64,000 bases of DNA from Deinococcus sp. GTDB lineage: Bacteria; Deinococcota; Deinococci; Deinococcales; Deinococcaceae. The translations under genes and the position numbers were made by a program. The notes below the pieces were generated by a model. The model saw only the letters and a list, made by a program, of their open reading frames with translations, ran no database searches and was not told the DNA's origin. Shown piece by piece: positions 9,634-18,352 of the stretch (the first letter of the stretch is position 1; each line of letters opens with the position of its first letter). The DNA lies in NCBI GenBank assembly GCA_965261005.1, contig OZ253375.1, forward strand, positions 1,952,001 to 2,016,000, read 5' to 3'.

Positions 9634-11276
9634 TTGTTCTGTTGCTGTACGCCCTGGGCGGCGCCCTGGTCGCCTACCTCGGCTCGCTGGCGCGCGGCAG
9701 CTTGCGGCGCCTGAGCGTCGCGGGGGCGCTGGCCGTGCTGATCGCCGCGCTGACGTTGCCCCTCAGCGCGGGGGCGGGGCTGCGCTCCAGCGATTCGGTG
9801 GACGCCACGGTGCTGGGGTTGCTGCCGGTCTTTCCCGCCTTCGCCCTGGTGCTGGCCGCGCCGGTGGTGGCCCTGCTCGCGCTGCGGCGGGGCGGCCGGG
9901 TGGGCGGTCTGGTCAGCTTGGTCGCCGGCGCCGCCGCGCTGCTGACGCTGACCCTGTGGGTGACGCGCCCGCCGAGCCTGGGCCAACTGCTGCCGGTGCC
10001 CGGCGTGATGGAGATTTTGGTGGGCCTGGCCGTCTTCGCCTTCGTGCAGGTGTTCACGCTGTCGAGCAAGCCGCTGCGGCTGGGCGGCCTGATTCTGGGG
10101 GCGGTGCTGGGGATAGCGGCCAGCGTCTCCCTGCTGTCGCCGGGGGGACGGGCCATCTTTCCGAACACGGCGGGCTATTACCAGCTGATCACGCCGACCA
10201 CGGCCGCGCAGAATACAGCGCTGATCGAGACCTACAACGGAAATTTGGCGGGCCTGAACGAGATTCGCCAGGAGGCCGGGCTGGCCCAGCTCGCCCCCAT
10301 CCGCTCGGTCGAGGACCTGACCGAGCAGGGCTTGCCGCAGGCCATCGCCGAGCGCGGGTTCCGGGCGCTGCGCCCGGCCCAAACGCGCTACGGGGCGCCG
10401 CTGCTCTTCTTCATGGGCGGCCTGCTGCTGACGGCTGGCGCCCTTCAGGCGCGCTTTCCGGGGCTGCAGGAGGCCGGCGATTGGCTGACGGGCGGCGTGA
10501 TCGCGCTCACGCTGAACTTGCTGGTGCCGTCCTTTTACGCGACCAACTTCAACCTCGGCGAGTTGGCGCGCGGGGCGCCCTTTTTGCGCGACTTCGCTTC
10601 CCGCTCGTGGCCGCCCCTGCTCACGCGCGTCAACCCCGACAACCCAAGTGCCAACATCTACCCCCTGCAAGAGGTCCTGAGCCAGATGGCCCTGACCATC
10701 GAGATCGCTCTAGTCGGCACCTTTCTGGCAGCCCTCTTCGCGGTGCCGCTCTCGTTTCTGGCGGCGCGCAACCTGACCGCGCGCAGCCCCTTGATGCGCT
10801 TCTTTTACGGCGTCACGCGCACCTTTTTCAACGTGGACCGCGGCGTGGACACCCTGATCCTGGCGCTGATCTTCGTGGCCGCCGTGGGCTTGGGGCCGTT
10901 CGCGGGCGTGCTGGCGATGGCGATTCACTCGGTCGCCGACCTCGGCAAGCTCTACTCCGAGGCCATCGAGAACGTGGACAGGGGGCCTATCGAGGCGCTG
11001 GAGTCGGTGGGCACCTCGGGCACCAACGTGCTGCGCTGGGCCATTCTGCCGCAGGTCTTGCCGCTCTTCACCTCCTACACGCTCTACCGCTTCGAGATCA
11101 ACTTCCGGGTCTCCATCGTGCTGGGTTTCGTGGGTGCGGGCGGCATCGGCTTTTTCATTCAGGGGGCGATGGCCGCCGGCAACTACAACCAGATGATCAT
11201 CGGCGTGATCGCCATTGTGCTGGTCGTGAACCTGATTGACTTTTTGTCCAGCGAGGTGCGCCGCCGGTTGATCTGA
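9630..11276 (+). CDS. phnE: phosphonate ABC permease with long N-terminal membrane extension
   Basis: GLGPFAGVLA..LGKLYSEAIE, YRFEINFR.S in C-terminal half. Confidence 0.85.
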   Translation: MIVLLLYALGGALVAYLGSLARGSLRRLSVAGALAVLIAALTLPLSAGAGLRSSDSVDATVLGLLPVFPAFALVLAAPVVALLALRRGGRVGGLVSLVAGAAALLTLTLWVTRPPSLGQLLPVPGVMEILVGLAVFAFVQVFTLSSKPLRLGGLILGAVLGIAASVSLLSPGGRAIFPNTAGYYQLITPTTAAQNTALIETYNGNLAGLNEIRQEAGLAQLAPIRSVEDLTEQGLPQAIAERGFRALRPAQTRYGAPLLFFMGGLLLTAGALQARFPGLQEAGDWLTGGVIALTLNLLVPSFYATNFNLGELARGAPFLRDFASRSWPPLLTRVNPDNPSANIYPLQEVLSQMALTIEIALVGTFLAALFAVPLSFLAARNLTARSPLMRFFYGVTRTFFNVDRGVDTLILALIFVAAVGLGPFAGVLAMAIHSVADLGKLYSEAIENVDRGPIEALESVGTSGTNVLRWAILPQVLPLFTSYTLYRFEINFRVSIVLGFVGAGGIGFFIQGAMAAGNYNQMIIGVIAIVLVVNLIDFLSSEVRRRLI

Positions 11277-11292
11277 GGCTTATGCCCCTGGT

Positions 11293-12585
11293 ATGAGCAT
11301 GTCTCGTGAGGCCCGCGCCATCGCGGTGCAGCCCCAGTGGCGGGTGTCCGACTACCGCACGGAGGCCAGCTTTCGCGCCTGGCTGCGCGGCCAGCTGGAG
11401 ACCGCGAGGCCGCACCTCTCGCCGGACAAACCCAACTTGGTGGTCCTCACCGAACTCAACGGGCTGCCGCTGCTGCTGCGCGGGGCATTCTTCGCGGCGC
11501 GGGCACCGAGTTTTCAAGCGGCCCTGGCCCTGCTGCTGCTGCGCCATTTGCCGGCGGCCATCTGGCTGGCGCGGCGCGAGCGGGTGGGCCTGGCGCGCGG
11601 GCTGCTGCTGGCCCTGGCGCCGGACACGGCGCGGGTGTACCTCGCGGCCTGCCGCGACCTGGCGCGCGAGTACGGCGTGTACCTGGTTTGCGGCAGCGCG
11701 CCGCTGCCCCATTTTGAAGAGCGTGCTGGGCGGTTGGTGATTTCCGGCGGCGCGGTATACAACGGGGCCGTCATCCTCGGGCCGGACGGCCAGCTGATCG
11801 GCGTCGCCGACAAGGTCTACCTCACCCCGGACGAGGGGCCGGGGGCACTCGATTTGTCAGAGGGAAAGTTAACCGACCTGCGGGTTTTCCCGACCCCCGT
11901 GGGCGACCTCGGCGTGGCGACCAGCCTGGACGCCTTCAAAAGCGACCTGATCGCACACCTGGACAACTTGGGAACCACCGTGCTGCTGCAACCCGACGCC
12001 AACGGGGCGGTGTGGACCGACCTGGAGCAGCTGCCCGCGCCGGGAACCGCCACGCCGCGCGACCAGCCCCTCGCGTGGCTGGACAGTTCCTGGGCCGCCG
12101 TGCAGCGCGCCCGCAACATCCGCTACGCCGTCAACCCGATGGTGGTCGGTAACCTGTTCGACGTCGCCTTCGACGGCCAAAGCGCCATCGTGGCGCGGGC
12201 GGGTGAGGCAGAAGAAAAGCGAAGCTACGTGCTGACCGAGCCGCGCGGGGGCTTTCTGGCGCTGGCCCCCTGGGTCGCCGAGGGGCCGCCGGAGCAGCTG
12301 CGCCAAGTTGGCCGCGAATTGGCACCCGGCTCGGGAAGCGGGCGTGAAAACCGCTACCGCAGCGAGGTTTTGGCGGCCGACTTGCGCCTGCCGGCCAGCC
12401 CGGCGCAGAAGCTTCCGCCGCGCCCACACGAAAGAGCTTTGCAAGCTTTTTTATCCGGCAAGGCGACGCTTCGGGCAGAGCCTGGCGTTCGCACGCTGAA
12501 CGTGCTGTGGCCCGCCGTCTGGATTGGCGCGGTGTTGTACGGCTTGGGGCTGCTTTTTTACCGTCATAGTCAAAAGTTGCAGTGA
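11293..12585 (+). CDS. carbon-nitrogen hydrolase (nitrilase superfamily) protein with C-terminal TM segment
   Basis: AIAVQ, VVLTE, YN.AVI.GPDG, DKVYL, GDLGVATSLD. Confidence 0.75.
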   Translation: MSMSREARAIAVQPQWRVSDYRTEASFRAWLRGQLETARPHLSPDKPNLVVLTELNGLPLLLRGAFFAARAPSFQAALALLLLRHLPAAIWLARRERVGLARGLLLALAPDTARVYLAACRDLAREYGVYLVCGSAPLPHFEERAGRLVISGGAVYNGAVILGPDGQLIGVADKVYLTPDEGPGALDLSEGKLTDLRVFPTPVGDLGVATSLDAFKSDLIAHLDNLGTTVLLQPDANGAVWTDLEQLPAPGTATPRDQPLAWLDSSWAAVQRARNIRYAVNPMVVGNLFDVAFDGQSAIVARAGEAEEKRSYVLTEPRGGFLALAPWVAEGPPEQLRQVGRELAPGSGSGRENRYRSEVLAADLRLPASPAQKLPPRPHERALQAFLSGKATLRAEPGVRTLNVLWPAVWIGAVLYGLGLLFYRHSQKLQ

Positions 12586-12661
12586 CGCGGCGGTACAAGT
12601 GGGGGGTAGGAGGGCAGGAAGGGCCTCCGGCCCGGCGAGGACAGCGCGAAATCTAAGCCTG

Positions 12662-12820
12662 ATACGGATTTCGGAAACTCGGTCAACGAAGTTGACGGAC
12701 TTTCCAGTGGAGCGGAGAGGAAAAGGATACGGGTTTCGCGGTTTGGAGCAACATCGTGGCGGCCGTCTTGCCGAGCCTTGGCGCTGTTAAGGGTGTTGAG
12801 GAAATAAGCGGAATCCGTGT
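12662..12820 (+). repeat. dispersed MITE-like repeat, full copy
   Basis: ends ATACGGATT / AATCCGTGT; internal GTCAAC-GAA-GTTGAC hairpin; homologous to 13490-13564 and 50067-51549. Confidence 0.8.
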
Positions 12821-12912
12821 TAGCAAGGTCATCCTGAGCGTGGCCGAGCGGGTGAAGAAAGAGTTGAGCCGCCGTCATGTCCACGCCCGCCGGGTTTTTC
12901 TACACTCTAAGT

Positions 12913-13188
12913 GTGCGTCAGGACATCGAGACCACTTGGATGGAAGACCTCAGCGCCCGGCAGCGCGAGCGGCTGCGCTGGCTGCGCGACCACAAGTGCC
13001 GCTTCGAGGCTGCCCGGGTCTTGGCGGCGCCCCAAGGCGACCGGCCGGAGACGTTTCTATTGGAAGTCTTTCTCGACAACTACGCGGTGGTGCGCGAGCG
13101 CGGCGAGGATGTGGCCGAGGTGTTTGACCGCGCCGTCGGGCAGATGGGGGCGCTGCTCCGGTTTGAGACCGACGGGAACGTGGAATAG
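12913..13188 (+). CDS. small hypothetical protein, paralog of next gene
   Basis: TACACT -10 then GTG; W..LS..Q..L.WLRD.KC motif shared with 13195-13473. Confidence 0.7.
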   Translation: MRQDIETTWMEDLSARQRERLRWLRDHKCRFEAARVLAAPQGDRPETFLLEVFLDNYAVVRERGEDVAEVFDRAVGQMGALLRFETDGNVE

Positions 13189-13194
13189 TCGGGC

Positions 13195-13473
13195 ATGCCC
13201 TCTGATATTGCCCAAATTTGGACCGACGCCCTCAGCGAGGCGCAACTGCGCCAGCTTCAGTGGCTGCGCGACCGCAAGTGCTTGGTCGAGGCGCAGCTGG
13301 CCCCGGCCGACCCGCTGCGCGACCAGCCCGAGGAGGTCATGCTCGAAGTCGTGGTGGACAAGCACGCCATCGTCAAGATTCGCGGCGGCGACATCCCCGA
13401 GATGTTCGACAAGGCGTTCATGGCAGCGCAGAACCTCTTCAATTACGTCAACCAGCGCGAGGACCGGCTGTAG
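13195..13473 (+). CDS. small hypothetical protein, paralog of previous gene
   Basis: host-like codon usage; shared motif with upstream gene. Confidence 0.75.
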   Translation: MPSDIAQIWTDALSEAQLRQLQWLRDRKCLVEAQLAPADPLRDQPEEVMLEVVVDKHAIVKIRGGDIPEMFDKAFMAAQNLFNYVNQREDRL

Positions 13474-13489
13474 CCGCGAACCAAAAGCA

Positions 13490-13564
13490 AAACCCGTATC
13501 TTGTTCCCATCCGCTCCGCTGGAAACTCAGTCAACGAAGTTGACTGAGTTTCCAAAATCCGTAT
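13490..13564 (-). repeat. MITE-like repeat, partial copy, containing empty IS110 target
   Basis: cccgtatc..CCATCCGCTCCGCT-ggaaactcagtcaac-gaa-gttgactgagtttcc-aaaatccgtat. Confidence 0.8.
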
Positions 13565-14379
13565 CAGCCCTGCCGAATGTTCCCGAGGCGGGCCGCCAGC
13601 CAGGCCGCCGCCTCGTCCACGGCCGCCGGGGGCAGGGCGTGGCCGGCGTCCCACCAGCGCAGCTCCCTCGGTTCCCCCGCCGCGTCGAAGAGCCGCTGGG
13701 CCTGCTCGGGGCGGATCACCGGGTCGTGCCGGCCATTCACCATCAGCAGTGGGCGGCCGTTCAGCCGCTTCACGGCGCGCGGCGGGTCCACCACCGCTCT
13801 CGCCACCCGCGTCAGCGGCGAGTCGGGCAGGTCGCCCCCGGCCGTCAGGACCACCGGCCCGAGGTCCGGCTCGCTGGCCGCCAGCATCACCGCCAAAAAA
13901 GACCCCAGGGAATAGCCCACCACGCCCACGCGCGCCGGGTCCAGCTCGGGCCGCCCCCGCAGCAAGCGCACGCCCAGGGCCGCCTCACGCAGCGCCAGGC
14001 GCCACAGCCGCACGACCTCCAGCGGGTTGCGGGTGTTCTGAAGGTCCAGCGGGTTGCCGCGCGAGCCGTGCATAGGGAGGTCAATGGCGAGGGACGCCAC
14101 GCCGCGCTTGAGCAGGGCGCGGCCCACCGAGTCCGCCATCACCTCTTTGCGGTTGGAAAAGCCGTGCAGCAGCAGCGCGGCCGGCACAGGATCAGAGGGC
14201 ACGGGACCGGAGGCGTCCGGCAATTGAAGCAGGGCGGGCACGGATAGGCTCTCGGCAGAAAAACTCAGGGCGAGCTGCCGGCCGCCGGGAACAGGCTCCT
14301 CGTGGTGGACGGTCTGGGCGACGCTGGGTACCTGAACAGGGTAAACCGGGCAGAGATAGGCAAATGAAAAAGCGGCCAC
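13564..14379 (-). CDS. alpha/beta hydrolase (start uncertain)
   Basis: LLHG, DLPMHG.R, GYSLG nucleophile elbow, D and H of triad. Confidence 0.85.
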   Translation of the reverse strand: MAAFSFAYLCPVYPVQVPSVAQTVHHEEPVPGGRQLALSFSAESLSVPALLQLPDASGPVPSDPVPAALLLHGFSNRKEVMADSVGRALLKRGVASLAIDLPMHGSRGNPLDLQNTRNPLEVVRLWRLALREAALGVRLLRGRPELDPARVGVVGYSLGSFLAVMLAASEPDLGPVVLTAGGDLPDSPLTRVARAVVDPPRAVKRLNGRPLLMVNGRHDPVIRPEQAQRLFDAAGEPRELRWWDAGHALPPAAVDEAAAWLAARLGNIRQG

Positions 14380-14428
14380 TTGGGCCGCTGATTTCTAAAC
14401 GTTAGCACGGTATGCACGGAAAGTCAAA
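14363..14428 (-). promoter_or_regulatory. sigma70 promoter + proximal terminator-like hairpin, copy 1
   Basis: TTGACT-17-TAACGT then AGCGGCC-loop-GGCCGCT-TTTT. Confidence 0.65.
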
Positions 14429-14456
14429 CCTATCCGCCGGATATTCGGCGGCGCGC

Positions 14457-15938
14457 TCAGCCCACCACGTCCCCCACCGCCGCCGCCGGTTCGAGCTTTG
14501 GCTCCAGCGCGGGCGAGACGCCCAGGCGGTTGATGCCGTCGAAGGCGGCCACCTTGTAGCACTCGGCCAAGGTGGGGTAGTTGAAAACCGTGTTCACGAA
14601 GTAGTCCACCGTGCCGCCGAAGGCCATCACCGCCTGGCCGATGTGGACCAGCTCGCTGGCCCCCGTGCCGATGATGTGGACGCCCAGCAGCTCGCGGGTG
14701 TCCAGGTGGAAGATCAGCTTGAGGGTCCCCTGCTCGTCGCCGAGGATCTGGCCGCGCGCAATTTCGCGGTACTGGGCCTTGCCGATCTCGTAGGGGACGC
14801 CCGCCTGGGTCAGCTCCTCCTCGTTCTTGCCGACCGTGCTGATCTCGGGAATGGTGTAGATGCCGTAGGGAAACAGCTCCGGCACGCTCTGCGTTACGAC
14901 GCCAAAGGCGTGGCAGGCCGCCAAGCGCCCCTGCTCCATGCTGACGCTCGCGAGGCTGGGAAAGCCGATCACGTCGCCCACCGCGTAGATCGAGTTCACC
15001 CCGGTCTGGTAATGCTCGTTCACCCCGATGTGGCCGCGCTCGTCGGCGCTCAGGCCGGCGGCCTCCAGATTCAGGCTGCCCACGGCGCCCACCCGGCCCA
15101 CCGCGTACAGCACCAGGTCGCTCACGATCTCCTTGCCGCTCGCCAGCTCCACCCGCACCCGCTCGCCGCTCCCGTCCGGCACCTTTTCAACCGCGCGCAC
15201 CGCCTCGCCCAGGCGCAGCGTCATGCGGTTCTGGCGCAGCTGGTAGGCCAGCACGTCGGTGATCTCGTGGTCCACGAACTCCAGCAGGCGGGCGCGCTTG
15301 TCCACCAGCGTCACCCGCGCGCCCAGGGCGGCGAACATGCTGGCGTACTCGCAGCCGATCACGCCGCCGCCGATCACCGTGACGCTGCGCGGCAGGACAC
15401 GCAAGTCGAGGATGTCGTCGCTGATGATGACCTGCCGCCCGTCGAAGGGAATGCCCGCCCCCCGCGCCGCCTGGGTGCCAGTCGCGATCACCACGAAGCG
15501 CGCCGTCACGTCGCGCCAGCCGTCGCCGCGCACGTCGCGCAGCCGGACGGTATTCGGCCCCATAAAGGACGCCTCGGCGTTCAGACTCTCCACCCCATTG
15601 CGGTGGAGCTGGCTGCGCACCACGTCCAACTCGTGCGCCATCACGCTGCCCGTTCGCAGCAGCAGGTCCTGCACCGTGATGTCCTGCTTGACGCTGTAGG
15701 CCGAGCCGTAGAAGCCGCGCTCGGTGTAGCCGCTCAGGTGCAAGATGGCCTCGCGAAAGGTCTTGGACGGAATGGTCCCGGTGTTGATGCACACGCCGCC
15801 CACCACCGCCCGGCGCTCGACCACCGCCACCTTCTTGCCCAGCTTGGCGGCCTGAATTGCGGCCCGCTGCCCGCCGGGGCCGGACCCGATCACCAGCAGG
15901 TCGTAGGTGTACTCCTCGGGCGAAGCGGGCTGGGTCAT
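14457..15938 (-). CDS. sthA: soluble pyridine nucleotide transhydrogenase
   Basis: GSGPGG, GGVCINTGTIPSKT, VFNYPTLAE.YKVAA. Confidence 0.9.
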   Translation of the reverse strand: MTQPASPEEYTYDLLVIGSGPGGQRAAIQAAKLGKKVAVVERRAVVGGVCINTGTIPSKTFREAILHLSGYTERGFYGSAYSVKQDITVQDLLLRTGSVMAHELDVVRSQLHRNGVESLNAEASFMGPNTVRLRDVRGDGWRDVTARFVVIATGTQAARGAGIPFDGRQVIISDDILDLRVLPRSVTVIGGGVIGCEYASMFAALGARVTLVDKRARLLEFVDHEITDVLAYQLRQNRMTLRLGEAVRAVEKVPDGSGERVRVELASGKEIVSDLVLYAVGRVGAVGSLNLEAAGLSADERGHIGVNEHYQTGVNSIYAVGDVIGFPSLASVSMEQGRLAACHAFGVVTQSVPELFPYGIYTIPEISTVGKNEEELTQAGVPYEIGKAQYREIARGQILGDEQGTLKLIFHLDTRELLGVHIIGTGASELVHIGQAVMAFGGTVDYFVNTVFNYPTLAECYKVAAFDGINRLGVSPALEPKLEPAAAVGDVVG

Positions 15939-15976
15939 ACGTCACCTCGGGAATGGGAGGATGGGGCGCCGGAGGG

Positions 15977-16042
15977 AATGAAAAAGCGGCCTGAGTGGCC
16001 GCTGATTTCTAAAGGATAGCGCGGTATGCAGCGGAAGTCAAA
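15977..16042 (-). promoter_or_regulatory. sigma70 promoter + proximal terminator-like hairpin, copy 2
   Basis: TTGACT-17-TATCCT then AGCGGCC-loop-GGCCGCT-TTTT. Confidence 0.65.
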
Positions 16043-16050
16043 TGTATTCG

Positions 16051-16279
16051 TTGAAAGCCGGACGAAAGTCAGAATGTTATCCAACAGCACGACGCCTTGC
16101 GAGGCAGAACCGGGGTTGCCTGACCTTTTTGTGCAAAATAAGCAGCATCAGCCCCAGGAGCTGTGAATAAAGGCGTCCGTATTCAGTCAGCTATACATCA
16201 GACTTGCCAATGGATGTAAGCTCTGAATACCCTTCCAGACAGCATTTTTGAGCTTCACTGAGTTTTGTCCGGCTTTCAA
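16051..16279 (+). ncRNA. candidate structured ncRNA
   Basis: 22-bp closing stem plus nested 8-bp stems; G-U pairs favour + strand. Confidence 0.45.
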
Positions 16280-16293
16280 TATTCGCCGGGTGT

Positions 16294-16483
16294 TGCAGGG
16301 CAACCGCAAAGTCCCGAAACGAGGGCGAACTTGCCTGCGTAGCTTCTCCTCCCCTTGAAGGGGAGGTTGGGAGGGGGGGTAAACGAGTTGACCCACACGC
16401 ACGCCGCAGTACCCCCCTCCCCGGCCCTCCCCCGCAAGGGGGGAGGGAGAAAGATCAAATGCCGACTTTGCGGTTGTCCTGTA
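16294..16483. mobile_element. MITE/REPIN-like element
   Basis: 20-bp imperfect TIR tgcagggcaaccgcaaagtc / gactttgcggttgtcctgta enclosing two inverted REP palindromes. Confidence 0.6.
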
Positions 16484-16512
16484 CATGTTTCGAGTGCCCG
16501 ATAGGAACGGCC

Positions 16513-16947
16513 TCAGTCGCGCACGGCTCCGGGCATAAGCGCCCGCGCGACCCGTAGCAGGTCGGCGTCGAAGGTCAGGAAGCGCAGCGGCACCGCTTGG
16601 CGGGCTTCGAGCGCCGAGGCCAAGTGCAGCGCGTCCATCGCGCGCAGGCGGGCGGCGCGGTGAGCTTTGAGCAAGTCGCCGGCCAAGCGGGAAACGGAAC
16701 GGCTCACCTCAACGACGCTCAGCGTTTCCCAGTCCGCCTCAAAGGCGCCGACCGCCTCGGCGTGCTCGTCCTCGCTGAAGGTGCCCAACAGCAGGCGGCG
16801 CGCGAACACGCCGCGCACCTCGGCATAGCCGATGGTGCTCACGGCCACCTGCGGCGTCTCCTCCACAGCCCGCACGACCAGTTCACGGCCGTCCTCGTCC
16901 ACATACAGCTTTGCCAGGGCGTTCGCGTCCAGGTAAAGGACCGTCAC
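16513..16947 (-). CDS. vapC: VapC/PIN-domain toxin
   Basis: [29 protein letters not shown]. Confidence 0.85.
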   Translation of the reverse strand: MTVLYLDANALAKLYVDEDGRELVVRAVEETPQVAVSTIGYAEVRGVFARRLLLGTFSEDEHAEAVGAFEADWETLSVVEVSRSVSRLAGDLLKAHRAARLRAMDALHLASALEARQAVPLRFLTFDADLLRVARALMPGAVRD

Positions 16948-17297
16948 TTCTCGCCGCGACCCTCGGAGATGATCTGCTCGCTGGTCGGCTCGCCCCGCGT
17001 GCCGAGGGGTCGGCCGCTGAAGCGAAAAGTTTTGAGCTTCGAGGGGTCGAGAGCAGGTTGATCTTGCGGGGCGAGGTGAGCGAGGGCGGCGCGTACATCC
17101 TGCTCCCCGGCAATCAGGCTATGGGCCTGTCCGATAAAGTGTCCACGCTCCTCGGCGCTCATGCTGCCGAACCACGTCAGCACGTCCTCCTGGGCGCGCA
17201 CTCGGTAGGTGCGGGTGCCTTCGCCCTCAGCCAAAGGCGTAACTCCTAGCTTCTCGGGGTTAGGGCGCAAGCCCTTGTAGCGACTTAACTTGGTCAT
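16944..17297 (-). CDS. putative antitoxin
   Basis: 4-nt overlap with vapC; C-terminal [17 protein letters not shown] leaderless promoter. Confidence 0.65.
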   Translation of the reverse strand: MTKLSRYKGLRPNPEKLGVTPLAEGEGTRTYRVRAQEDVLTWFGSMSAEERGHFIGQAHSLIAGEQDVRAALAHLAPQDQPALDPSKLKTFRFSGRPLGTRGEPTSEQIISEGRGEK

Positions 17298-17461
17298 GCT
17301 CGAAATTGTAGCATAACAGTGTGTGACGCGGTGCTCACCTGATGTTTGTAGACCATGCAGAAATCGAATCATGAAGCAGGCTTAGTAATCATCTTTAGTT
17401 TTAATCGCCAAAAATCGCTGTTTCAAGTTCTTTAAATACGCACATGCCTGGCGTAATCAAT

Positions 17462-18352
17462 AGACCTCTTGCGAAAGTCGTGGGTTAAGCTCAAGGGGTG
17501 GAGCGAGATCGCCTGAGACGGACACTGAAGATGAACCGCAAGCAGTTCCGCCGACGCACCGGGGTGTATCCCGAAACCTTCGCCCAGATGGAAGCGGTGC
17601 TGATCGAGCGAGAAGGACAGAAGAAGAAATCTGGTCGTCCAGCCGCGCTCAGGGTGGCTGAACAACTTCTGATGACACTGGAATTCTGGCGCGAGTACCG
17701 CACCTTCGCGCACCTGGGTGACGACTGGGGCGTCCATGAGACCACGGTGCACCGCACGGTGGAACGTGTCGAAGAAGCCCTGATCGCCAGCCAGCAGTTC
17801 CAGATGCCTAGAAAGCGCGTGTTCCAGCAAGCGCAGACGGTCTACAGCATCGTGGCCGTCGATGCGTCCGAAGTGCCGTGTGAACGACCCAAAAAAAGCA
17901 GCGCCGCTGGTACAGCGGCAAGAAGAAGCGGCACACCTTGAAGTTCCAAGTCCTGATCTGTACCGTGACTCAGCACATCCTGGGCACGGCGACGAGTGCT
18001 GGAGCCATCCATGATCTCAAGCTGTTTCGGCAGTCTGGGGTACGGTTTCCTCATGACACGGCCCTGATCGGGGATGCGGGGTATCAGGGTTTGTGGAGAA
18101 GCCACGGGCACGCCATCACCACGCATAAGGCGACCAAGTCCAAGCCGTTGACCAAAGAGCAGCGTCGAGAAAACCGGGTGCTGGCCTATACCCGCCAAGG
18201 AATCGAACACGTCATCCGTCGCATGAAGGTCTTTCGGGTGCTCAAGGGCGTCTACCGACATCGGCGGCGTCGCTTTGCCCTTCGGGTTCAGCTCATCGCC
18301 GCCCTCTGTAACCTTACCCGCGCCCAACCCTCCTGACTTTCGCAAGAGGTCT
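17462..18352 (+). mobile_element. IS5-family insertion sequence
   Basis: perfect 18-bp TIR AGACCTCTTGCGAAAGTC; AAT direct repeat at 17459 and 18353. Confidence 0.9.
17498..18336 (+). CDS. IS5-family transposase, two ORFs joined by -1 frameshift
   Basis: HTH ORF then A7G at 17891-17898 giving KKQRRWYSGKKKRHTLK; DASE, GDAGYQG, IEHV. Confidence 0.85.
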
